The notes beneath the pieces were generated by a model that saw only the letters and a program-made list of their open reading frames with translations, did no database searches and had not been told where the DNA came from. The translations under genes were made by a program, and so were the position numbers. Shown in pieces: positions 24,770-32,000 of a DNA stretch of 32,000 nt. The stretch comes from Candidatus Thalassarchaeaceae archaeon (GTDB taxonomy: Archaea > Thermoplasmatota > Poseidoniia > Poseidoniales > Thalassarchaeaceae), in the NCBI GenBank assembly GCA_045568075.1, contig JBJLBP010000001.1, positions 1 through 32,000 on the forward strand, written 5' to 3'. Within the stretch, counting starts at the first letter, position 1. Every line of letters begins with the position of its first letter.

Positions 24770-26086
24770 TCAATGCGACGGGTGAGCGACAACCAACAAT
24801 CGAGCCAGTGAGCGATGGACCTTGACCGGTGCTGTAAGCACAACACGCCAACCACGCTCGAGCATATGATCTACAATCTTCGACCACGGTTTACCCATAA
24901 CCAGTGGGTCGGGTAACTCATCGGAATCTTCACTGAAAATCGCTGGATCGGTTGGTAATAGAGTGCATAGAGAGCCTGCATCATCGATCGTTAGAGCGGC
25001 CGAGCACGCCTTGAGGAAGAGTTGGTAGCCATCGTCAGATTTCCATGCATTGCGCCCATATGGAGGGTCAAATGCGAAGATGGAACCACTGACTCTACCC
25101 CAAACATCGGGAGTAAATTCAACGCCTATTTCTTGCACGTCCCAAGTCACCTCAGACTGCCCACTGAGTTCCTTAGATGCCCACTCTAGATTCTGTTTTG
25201 TGCCCTCGACCATGCGCGGGTCGAGGTCGCTTGCGAGTACTGTGAGATCCGTGAGCATCGCCTCGATAGCGATGCCGCCAGTGCCACAGAATGGGTCGAT
25301 GACAGTGGTCGGTTCGTTGTCGGTTCGGTGACCCAGTGAGATGAGGAGGCGGGCAAGACGGGGCTCGAGTGATACTGGTTGGAAGAAAGGGCGTTCCGTC
25401 GGTTGACGACCGCCCCATCCTACACGATTCCAATCAGTGGAGCGCAGACCCCAGACTATTGCAGGGGATGAGTTCGCTAGAGGGTCTGGGTGGTTTGAGG
25501 GGTCTTCTGGTCCAGCGAGAATCACAACTATCTCGTTCTCTGGAGATTCAAGGTCGACTGTGTGTTTGTTGTCGGCGATTAGGCGACCTGCTGCTTGAGC
25601 TATCGCAGACTTCGAGAAGCCTGCTAAGCCTGTTCCGAGACTTCTCGGGCGAATCGCGAATGTGCCTTCTGGCAGGTGAGCAGTGGCCCATTCAGCGATT
25701 TTTTTAGCAAGAGTCGAAGACTCGACGGGTGCGCTACTCTGTCCGTGGAGGAGAACATCGTCGAGTAATGCTGCTCTGGCCAATCTGACTGGTAAATTCG
25801 AGTTTTCTGATTCGGTGACGACAATGCGTGGATGGACGAAGGTGAAGGGGCCTGCGAGAGCCTCGGCTTCGGATCGAAACAGGGTTGGATGCCAACCGCT
25901 TCCAATCAGGGTCAATCTGCCGACCGATGCCTCGACTGACCCGCTCAACACGATTCCTCCATCGCTCCCGCGTTCGACTTCAACCCTAAAGGCCTCGACG
26001 CCTAGCACAGGCCTGCACGCGCGGGCGGCGGGTGTATCGGATAGGTGGAGGAGTCGTAATGGGCTGTAATCTGAGAGACTTGGCAA
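24770..26086 (-). CDS. THUMP-domain tRNA (guanine-N2)-methyltransferase (Trm14/Trm-G10-like)
   Basis: SAM motif VIDPFCGTGGIAIEA and catalytic FAFDPPYG, with an N-terminal THUMP-like region. The start is uncertain: the TTG at 26086 is only the longest-ORF start. Confidence 0.8.
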   Translation of the reverse strand: MPSLSDYSPLRLLHLSDTPAARACRPVLGVEAFRVEVERGSDGGIVLSGSVEASVGRLTLIGSGWHPTLFRSEAEALAGPFTFVHPRIVVTESENSNLPVRLARAALLDDVLLHGQSSAPVESSTLAKKIAEWATAHLPEGTFAIRPRSLGTGLAGFSKSAIAQAAGRLIADNKHTVDLESPENEIVVILAGPEDPSNHPDPLANSSPAIVWGLRSTDWNRVGWGGRQPTERPFFQPVSLEPRLARLLISLGHRTDNEPTTVIDPFCGTGGIAIEAMLTDLTVLASDLDPRMVEGTKQNLEWASKELSGQSEVTWDVQEIGVEFTPDVWGRVSGSIFAFDPPYGRNAWKSDDGYQLFLKACSAALTIDDAGSLCTLLPTDPAIFSEDSDELPDPLVMGKPWSKIVDHMLERGWRVVLTAPVKVHRSLARLLVVAHPSH

Positions 26087-27066
26087 CCGCGCATCCGCTC
26101 GAAATGAGTGAATTAGCTGGCCAACGAGTCGCGGTCGATGTCTTTCTCAATGCCTACCAATTCATCACCAGCCTAGTTGGCCAAGATGGCAAGCCTTTGT
26201 CCTTCAATGGACGTCCTGTGGCTCACCTGATGGGTTTTCTCGACCGAGCATCTTGGATGCTCGAACAGGGGATCGAACCAGTCTTCGTTTTCGACGGACG
26301 CCCGCACGAACTCAAACTCGATACTTTGGCTGGCCGCAAAGAGCGCAAAGTGGATGCTGTCTCCAAGTGGGAGGCGGCCGTCGAGATAGGTGACATGGCG
26401 CTAGCCAAGAAACTCGGACCTCAGACTGCTGAATATACCCGCGACATGGTCGCCGAAACCAAGCGATTGTTCGACTGTCTCGGCCTTGTTTGGGTCGAAG
26501 CTCCCATGGAAGCCGAAGGTGCAGGCGCTGTGCGTTGTGCCAATGGTGAGGTCGCAGCGGTAGCTAGTCAGGACTGGGACACGCTGCTATATGGCTCGCC
26601 AGTAATGATTCGTAATCTGACGAGCCACGGCCGACGCAAGTTCGGCCGACTAGTAACAGCTGAGAAAGTCGTCCTACAGGAATTACTCGACGAGCACGAA
26701 ATAACCCGAGAACAGCTCGTCGATCTCGCCATCATGATCGGTACCGATTTTCACCCCGGAATCCGTGGAATTGGCCCGAAGACCGGTCTCAAACTGATTC
26801 GGGAGCACGTTACAATGGAGGCCGTCGCCGAGGTCAAAGAATTCGATATGCCTGAGGATATCGAAACCATTCGCGGACTATTCCTCAATCATCCAATTCA
26901 TCCTGAGCCGCTAGCACAGGCCACCCGCGCGAACGAGACTGCCTTGCGCGAATTTTTGCAAGGCGAGTGCGGCTTCTCGGATCGTCGACTCGAACGAGCA
27001 CTCGAGCGGTTGGCCGCAGCCAACCACCTGAAATCTGACAATCAACCGACTCTATTCGATTTCTGA
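26059..27066 (+). CDS. fen: Flap endonuclease 1 (archaeal FEN-1)
   Basis: MGCNLRDL...LAGQRVAVDVFLNAYQF, GIEPVFVFDGRPHELK and H3TH GIRGIGPKTGLKLI. GGAGG lies about 10 nt upstream of the ATG at 26059. Confidence 0.9.
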   Translation: MGCNLRDLATAHPLEMSELAGQRVAVDVFLNAYQFITSLVGQDGKPLSFNGRPVAHLMGFLDRASWMLEQGIEPVFVFDGRPHELKLDTLAGRKERKVDAVSKWEAAVEIGDMALAKKLGPQTAEYTRDMVAETKRLFDCLGLVWVEAPMEAEGAGAVRCANGEVAAVASQDWDTLLYGSPVMIRNLTSHGRRKFGRLVTAEKVVLQELLDEHEITREQLVDLAIMIGTDFHPGIRGIGPKTGLKLIREHVTMEAVAEVKEFDMPEDIETIRGLFLNHPIHPEPLAQATRANETALREFLQGECGFSDRRLERALERLAAANHLKSDNQPTLFDF

Positions 27067-27624
27067 TCACTCAGAGCCCGATTCACCGGAGTCGCCATCT
27101 GCCGCACCATCAGATTGGCCCTCACCATCTGGATCGCCGTCTTCGTGACCCTCGCCATCGTCTTCTCCGACGAATCCAAGGTCAGAATCAGCGCAGTTGA
27201 TTCCGCCCATCATCTCTGCATAGAAAGTTCCGTCATAAGAGCAGTAGAAAATCCAACCTTCACCGATGTAACCCCAATCATCGTCGCCATCCTCACATGA
27301 ATCATCGACGTCGATGCAGAAGCAATCCTCTCCATCCGGGCAAACCGGGAATGTGCTCTCTTCAGCATCACACGAAATCCCACCCATAGCTTCGGCGTAG
27401 TCGGCGCCGTCGTTTGAGCAGTAGAATAATTCCGTCAGTCCCCAATAGCCCCAATCATCGTCTCCATCTTCGCAGTTTTCGTCGATATCGATGCAAGTAC
27501 AAGGCTCACCATCAGGGCAAATCGGTTGTTGCCCGTCTCTATCTTGGAAATCTTCGAGGGCATCCATACAACCAGCAGTCATCGATCCAAGCATCAGCAT
27601 TAGTGCTACCAATCTGACATCCAT
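27067..27624 (-). CDS. Acidic Cys-rich secreted lipoprotein with an internal tandem duplication, function unknown
   Basis: Start MDVRLVALMLMLGSMTAGC (signal plus lipobox-like TAGC). Two about 55-aa repeats CPDGExCxCIDxDxxCEDGDDDWGY...FYCSxDGxxYAExMGGIxC. D/E/G-rich tail. Confidence 0.6.
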   Translation of the reverse strand: MDVRLVALMLMLGSMTAGCMDALEDFQDRDGQQPICPDGEPCTCIDIDENCEDGDDDWGYWGLTELFYCSNDGADYAEAMGGISCDAEESTFPVCPDGEDCFCIDVDDSCEDGDDDWGYIGEGWIFYCSYDGTFYAEMMGGINCADSDLGFVGEDDGEGHEDGDPDGEGQSDGAADGDSGESGSE

Positions 27625-27806
27625 CGTAGAGAATCGATGAGGCTTCAACGATAAAGATTGACCACGCATCGGCCATATTTGACCCGAGAATACTGAATAC
27701 AACCCCGAAGGGGCGGTTCGCCCGGGGACTGAATCGCCCCCAGGGAACCTGTCACCGCGAATCAACGGACCGCGGGCCTGAGCAGTAATCGACCAGTGTT
27801 ACTGTA

Positions 27807-29424
27807 TCACAGTACGCTGCCGTCGTCTTCTTCCTCATCGAGGATTCCGTCGGCGTCATCGTCGTCATCGAGATGGTCTTCAATACCGTCATTGTCGTGG
27901 TCGAATTGACCAGTCAATGGGTTGCCATCATTCTGCTCGAACCAGTCGGAAAGTCCGTCGTTGTCGTCATCGGTGTCAGTCCTGTCGGTTAGACCATCGT
28001 TGTCGTGGTCGTACCTCCAGAGACCGATCGCGCCGTCGACCTCATCGACATCTAGGATGTCGTCGTTGTCGTCGTCGGGATCAACACCGTCATTCAGACC
28101 GTCGTTGTCGTGATCGCGTGAGTAATCCTCACCGTTCGGTCCAACGTCGTTCCAATTGTCGATGCCGTCATTGTCGATGTCGAAATCGATGTTATCGCGG
28201 ACGCCATCATTGTCGTGATCGTAGATGTCCGAGTTAGGGTCGCCGTCATTGACTTCCTCGCGGTCGTCGATTCCGTCGCCGTCATCGTCATCATCCTCAG
28301 CGTCATTGATGCCATCGTTGTCGTGGTCCTCAGGGAATTCATCCACATTGTCTGGGATGCCGTCCTGGTCATCATCGAAGTCCAGGTCGTCTGGGATACC
28401 ATCGCCATCGTTGTCGTTCTCGCCGTTCTGGTCTTGGTTGTCGAGCTGCTGGCTTTGCTGTTGGTCGGACTGCTGGCCCTGCTGACCCTGGTTATTATCC
28501 TGGGTCTGGCCTTGCTGCTGCTGGTTCTGTCCATTCTGGTTGTTACCGTTCTGGTCCTGTCCTTCCTGGTCGCCCTGCTGGCCGGATTGTTCTCCGCCTT
28601 GCTGCTGGCCTTGGCCGTTGTCTTGCTGGTTGGATTGTTCTCCACCTTCTTGACCGCTGCCTTGCTGACCGTCCTGACCGGACTGAGAGCCCTGGTCCTG
28701 ACCGTTGCCTTGCTGGCCGCCTTGACCTTGGCCTTGGTCGCCTTGACCTTGACCTTGGTCACCTTGACCTTGTCCTTGACCCTGACCTTGACCTTGGCCT
28801 TGACCTCTGGCCTTGACCTTGGCCTTGACCTTGGCCTTGACCTTGGCCTTGACCTTGGCCTTGACCTTGTCCTTGACCCTGGCCTTGACCTTGGCCTTGA
28901 CCTTCGCCGTCTTGATCGGAGTCTCCACCGCCGTCAGATCCGCCGTCGCCGGTTCCTTCTCCGTTGTCACCATAATCTGGGTCGTACGCATCAGGGATAC
29001 CGTCGCCATCCGAATCCGACATCGATCCGTTGTTAGGATCGTTCGGGAACGGATCGCTGGCGTCATTCTGCCCGTCACCATCGGTGTCAGCCGAGTTGGG
29101 GTTAGTTCCAGACGCGTACTCCTGAGAGTTCGTCAATCCGTCACCGTCAGGGTCCGCGTTAGCGTCACTGGCGGAATTCGGATCTAGTCCGTATCCAACT
29201 TCCCAACCGTCCGGCAGACCGTCGTTATCGGTGTCGGCGTTAGTGGGGTCCGTGCCTTCAGTTGTCTCCTCTGCGTTTGTCAGGCCGTCTCCGTCCCAAT
29301 CGGCTCCTCCGTCGGAGGGGTCGAGTGGATCGGAACCATCGGCTTGTACGCCGACGGAACCAGCCATCAACACTAGGAGCAACGCAATCAGCATGCTCGT
29401 ATTCTTTGTTTTCTGTATTTTCAT
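27807..29424 (-). pseudogene. Secreted, extremely acidic thrombospondin-type-3-like (DxDxDGxxDxxD) calcium-binding repeat protein, interrupted by a 1-nt frameshift inside its (GQ)n microsatellite
   Basis: Signal peptide MKIQKTKNTSMLIALLLVLMAGSVGVQA, at least 12 DxDxDG repeats and a central G/Q/N-rich region. ORFs 28759-29505 and 27807-29081 join into one frame if a single C near 28807 is removed. Confidence 0.75.
28720..28903. repeat. Coding microsatellite with 6/12-nt period (GGCCAAGGTCAA on the coding strand), encoding (GQ)n
   Basis: Read directly. CCTTGACCTTGG units are interrupted once by CCTCTGG at 28804-28810. Confidence 0.9.
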
Positions 29425-29451
29425 TTCTTTTTCACTTCCAAAAATAAGTTC

Positions 29452-29470
29452 AGAGAACCCGCCGTTCTCT
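29452..29470. other. Hairpin/palindrome AGAGAAC-CCGCC-GTTCTCT, 28-46 nt upstream of the TSP3-repeat gene ATG
   Basis: 7-bp perfect arms. It has a near-identical twin at 29669-29687. Confidence 0.4.
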
Positions 29471-29668
29471 CTTTCCAGTGAATGCTCGCGCTCATCCTCG
29501 CGCAAGACGATTCGTCCGGGAGTGAAGGATGCTGATTGGGAGCCGACTGAATATACTGTCCACGACCGATGAAAACGCTGTATTGCGCTCCATTTGCGGT
29601 TATTGTGGATCTGCTGTATTATTTCGTCTGCTCCTCCTCTTTACGCATCCAATCTCACGGGCTTTCAT

Positions 29669-29687
29669 AGGGAACCCACCGTTCCCT
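29669..29687. other. Hairpin/palindrome AGGGAAC-CCACC-GTTCCCT, twin of 29452-29470
   Basis: Same architecture with a paired A>G / T>C change that keeps the arms complementary. Confidence 0.4.
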
Positions 29688-29775
29688 CTAAATTACGAGT
29701 CACTGCTGGTCTATTTCAACAGTTCCCGAGTGTGATTGGGAACGAAATTGACTAAAAAAACGAATTTTACACAAT

Positions 29776-30138
29776 TCAGGGAGTCAAGGCGGCAAGCTCG
29801 GCCTTGAACTTCGTAGAAGTGAGGAAGTGAAGAACTGGAGTTGCAAGTGTTCCAAGGACGAGCACGCCGAGCAGAATATTCGACCACAACTCGATTCCGG
29901 TACCGAAGGTAAGGAAAAGCAACCATCCAGCACCAAGGAAAGCCCAGGGCCTGTAGCGGCGAGCGAAGAGAGCCGAGCGGGACTTGAGTAGCTCATCAGA
30001 GTAAAGCGAAGTGGTTTCACCTTCAGCGAGCATATCGTTCTCTGCGGCACAGCGGACACAGACCTGATAGCGAGGGCCATTCCCACTGACGAACTGAGAG
30101 TTCGGGTAGTTCTGAGTGCACATGCGACAGACTGGCAT
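29776..30138 (-). CDS. Zinc-ribbon (CxxC...CxxC) protein with a 2-TM C-terminal half, function unknown
   Basis: MPVCRMCTQ...YQVCVRCAAE followed by two hydrophobic helices. Preferred over the overlapping alternative frame 29784-30275, which is Ser/Arg/Ala-rich. Confidence 0.5.
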   Translation of the reverse strand: MPVCRMCTQNYPNSQFVSGNGPRYQVCVRCAAENDMLAEGETTSLYSDELLKSRSALFARRYRPWAFLGAGWLLFLTFGTGIELWSNILLGVLVLGTLATPVLHFLTSTKFKAELAALTP

Positions 30139-30171
30139 GGTCGTTCACTCACGCCACCCATCGTTGCTCCT

Positions 30172-32000
30172 TCAACGCTGCGGTTGCTCGGCTTGCTCGT
30201 TCTTACTGGTTGCGCTGCCGGAGGTGCGGGGTATTGCTTGAGTCGCGAGGAATAATCGGAGGAGTCCTTGTCCATCTGGGCTGCCTACTGATTCCGGATG
30301 GAACTGGACTCCGTCTATTGGCAGGCTCGTGTGAGTGATTCCCATGACGAGAGAGCCTGAGGCGTCCCAAGCATTCACCTTCAGCTGAGATTCATTTTCG
30401 ATTTTAGTGGAGTCTGGCTGTTCGAGGACGAGGGAATTGTAGCGCATTAGAACGGCGTCCTCGGGTGTATTCTGGTAGAGAGCGGAGCCGTCGTGGCGGA
30501 TTTTGGAGGGTGCGCCGTGGACGGCTCCGAGAGGAGATTCGATCAGATTCCATCCTGCTGCTCGGCCGAGAGCTTGGTGACCGAGGCACCAGCCGAGTAG
30601 AGGAATCGGTGATTCAGGATTGTCTCCTTCGCTCGGATTTACTCGATTGAGTCGCTCGGCGAGGGCTCGGCGGGCCAGCTCCATGCTTCGCGGTGATGCT
30701 TCAGGTCTAGACGGCCCTGGACCGAGAATGATGTGAGTCGGGCGATAGGTGGTGAGCCAATCATCGACCGCGGCTTCTGGATCTGTGTCTTGGGCAGGTC
30801 GGCCTTCGACGATTGTTACTTTGGCGCCGAGGCGGTGTAGCGACTCGGCGATATTATTGGTGAATGAATCAAGATTGTCGACAAGTAGGACATGGGCTTG
30901 GTTAGTCTCTTGCTCAGGTTTGAATTCGCTCGGACGAATTCTTCCGAGTACACCTTCTACCTCAGGCATAGGTAAGATTCCGACTTCGCGTTCCGGCAAT
31001 TCGCCGCTGCTGAATCCGGTTCGGAAGCCCCATGTTGCTTCTGTGACCGCCGCTGCCTTCCAACGAGCTTCCTCGACCTCGTCGGCGGGGTTGGAATCGA
31101 TGACCACTCCGCCGCCGGCCTGAACCGTCGCATGCCAATTATCCGGGCCACTGCGAGCCTCCATCGTGCGGATTAGAATGTTCCAATCAGCCTGACCCGC
31201 ACTTTGATTGAGGTGTCCTATCGAGCCGGTCCAAGCGCTTCGAGGGGCTTGTTCCAACTCGTCGATTGCTGACATTGTCACAACCTTTGGGCAGCCCGTG
31301 ATTGAGCCTCCTGGGAAAAGGGCTGAGAGTGCCTCACCTGCACTAGTCGACGAACTGAGTTGACCTTCTACGCCTGAGACGAGGTGCTGAACATTGGCTA
31401 GAGCCTCGATCCGGCAATCCGTCCAATGCACCGAGCCAGGCTCACAGACAGCGGACAAATCGTGGCGTTCAAGGTCGACTAGCATCAGATGCTCAGCCAT
31501 CTCCTTGGGTGAAGTAGCGAGTTCGGTACGCAGCGCAAGGTCAGCTGCATCATTGGCTCCTCGCGCGCGTGTTCCCTTGATTGGTCGCGTCGAAATAAGG
31601 CCCGAATCGAGTCTGAGCAATCTCTCAGGTGAGGCCGATGCTACCGCCCAGCCATGGTCAGCGACATTCATCCAAGAAGCGAAAGGAGCAGGATTCGAAC
31701 GAGTCATCCGCAGGAAAGCATCCCATGGCTGACCATGCATCTCTGATTGCCAGCGGCGGCCGTAATTCACCTGATACAGATGACCGCCGCGAATCGAGTC
31801 GCGAATCTGTTCGACCTTGCGAGCGTGTTCAGAATCACTCTCACTCTCAGGGACTCGCGGCTCGGGTCTACCTGGAATCTCAACAGGAGCAAACTCGGGT
31901 AACTCATCATCCAGCCAATCATGTCCTTCGAGCGCAATCAATCGCAATTCTCCGCTCTCGCGCTCTTCCACCCACCAAGCATCACAGCGCCATAGCACAC
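30172..32000 (-). CDS. Fused aminodeoxychorismate/anthranilate-synthase-type enzyme: chorismate-binding component I (PabB-like) N-terminal plus class-I glutamine amidotransferase C-terminal. The 5' end is at or beyond the window edge.
   Basis: SPERLLRL...TRPIKGTRARG and FPGGSITGCPKVVTMSAIDELE mark the chorismate-binding part. LLVDNLDSFTNN, LLGWCLGHQALG and VQFHPES mark the GATase triad. The ORF is open to nt 31998. Confidence 0.85.
   Translation of the reverse strand, partial: VLWRCDAWWVEERESGELRLIALEGHDWLDDELPEFAPVEIPGRPEPRVPESESDSEHARKVEQIRDSIRGGHLYQVNYGRRWQSEMHGQPWDAFLRMTRSNPAPFASWMNVADHGWAVASASPERLLRLDSGLISTRPIKGTRARGANDAADLALRTELATSPKEMAEHLMLVDLERHDLSAVCEPGSVHWTDCRIEALANVQHLVSGVEGQLSSSTSAGEALSALFPGGSITGCPKVVTMSAIDELEQAPRSAWTGSIGHLNQSAGQADWNILIRTMEARSGPDNWHATVQAGGGVVIDSNPADEVEEARWKAAAVTEATWGFRTGFSSGELPEREVGILPMPEVEGVLGRIRPSEFKPEQETNQAHVLLVDNLDSFTNNIAESLHRLGAKVTIVEGRPAQDTDPEAAVDDWLTTYRPTHIILGPGPSRPEASPRSMELARRALAERLNRVNPSEGDNPESPIPLLGWCLGHQALGRAAGWNLIESPLGAVHGAPSKIRHDGSALYQNTPEDAVLMRYNSLVLEQPDSTKIENESQLKVNAWDASGSLVMGITHTSLPIDGVQFHPESVGSPDGQGLLRLFLATQAIPRTSGSATSKNEQAEQPQR

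Noticed and set aside
26059-26086. A 28-nt overlap of the 5' ends of the divergent fen and THUMP-methyltransferase genes.
   Set aside because: The methyltransferase start at 26086 is just the longest-ORF TTG. A downstream GTG or TTG start is equally possible, so the overlap is probably an annotation artefact.
28720-28903. A regular short-period repeat that could superficially suggest a CRISPR-like array.
   Set aside because: The period is 6/12 nt with no unique spacers. It lies inside a coding frame encoding (GQ)n, so it is a coding microsatellite.
28094-29036. Long alternative-frame ORFs over the repeat region, on both strands (KVKAKVKA..., LALTLALT..., SSSS-rich).
   Set aside because: They are artefacts of the low-complexity G/Q/D-coding DNA, which is open in all frames. 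Only the acidic TSP3-repeat frame has a signal peptide and recognisable repeats.
29784-30275. A 163-aa alternative-frame ORF overlapping the zinc-ribbon membrane protein gene.
   Set aside because: Its composition is Ser/Arg/Ala/Pro-rich with no motif. The 29776-30138 frame has CxxC pairs and clean TM helices.
31689-31700. CAGGATTCGAAC, identical to part of the tRNA-Arg T-arm region. I considered it as a possible att-type partial tRNA copy.
   Set aside because: The match is only 12 nt, lies inside a well-supported coding region, and has no further tRNA similarity. It is most likely chance.

Overview
The window reads as chromosomal DNA of an archaeon, probably a marine euryarchaeote. That call is an inference from archaeal hallmark genes: FEN1 flap endonuclease, Sec61-beta, a THUMP tRNA methyltransferase, a small Toprim protein, Lrp/AsnC and a Xer-like recombinase. 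Many bacterial-type genes are also present: Soj-like ParA, fused RibD, an A-type heme-copper oxidase operon, RimK and an EamA permease. I call about 40 coding regions and 2 tRNAs, Ser-UGA and Arg-UCG, both with encoded CCA. I found no rRNA, CRISPR array or transposase. The sequence is about 50-55% G+C, with AT-rich patches at about 17.9-18.5 kb, 20.1-20.8 kb and 21.7-24.7 kb.

Main hunt results:
1. A parB-less ParA cluster (826-5429). The gene directly after parA is in the same frame across a single TGA. It opens with a ParB-type N-terminal peptide (AKRGLGRSLADI) fused to an EamA permease. A SAP-domain single-pass membrane protein lies just upstream.
2. Cytochrome oxidase subunit I carries an extra about 210-aa N-terminal module: signal peptide, an extracytoplasmic domain with a CxCH motif, and an additional TM helix.
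3. A 54-bp exact direct repeat links the window start to the 3' end of the LLM oxidoreductase gene at 24.3 kb. At that locus a 236-bp DUF4177 mini-cassette appears to split a palindrome, next to tRNA-Arg and at the edge of an AT-rich island.
4. Two genes are broken by single-base frameshifts. One is a YegS/DAG-kinase-like gene. The other is a large acidic TSP3-repeat surface protein, broken inside a (GQ)n coding microsatellite. These may be assembly errors or real pseudogenes.
5. Several paired hairpin or palindrome motifs lie in intergenic regions.

All calls come from reading the sequence and the ORF track. No searches were run, and many start codons are uncertain because the ORF track uses TTG and GTG starts.
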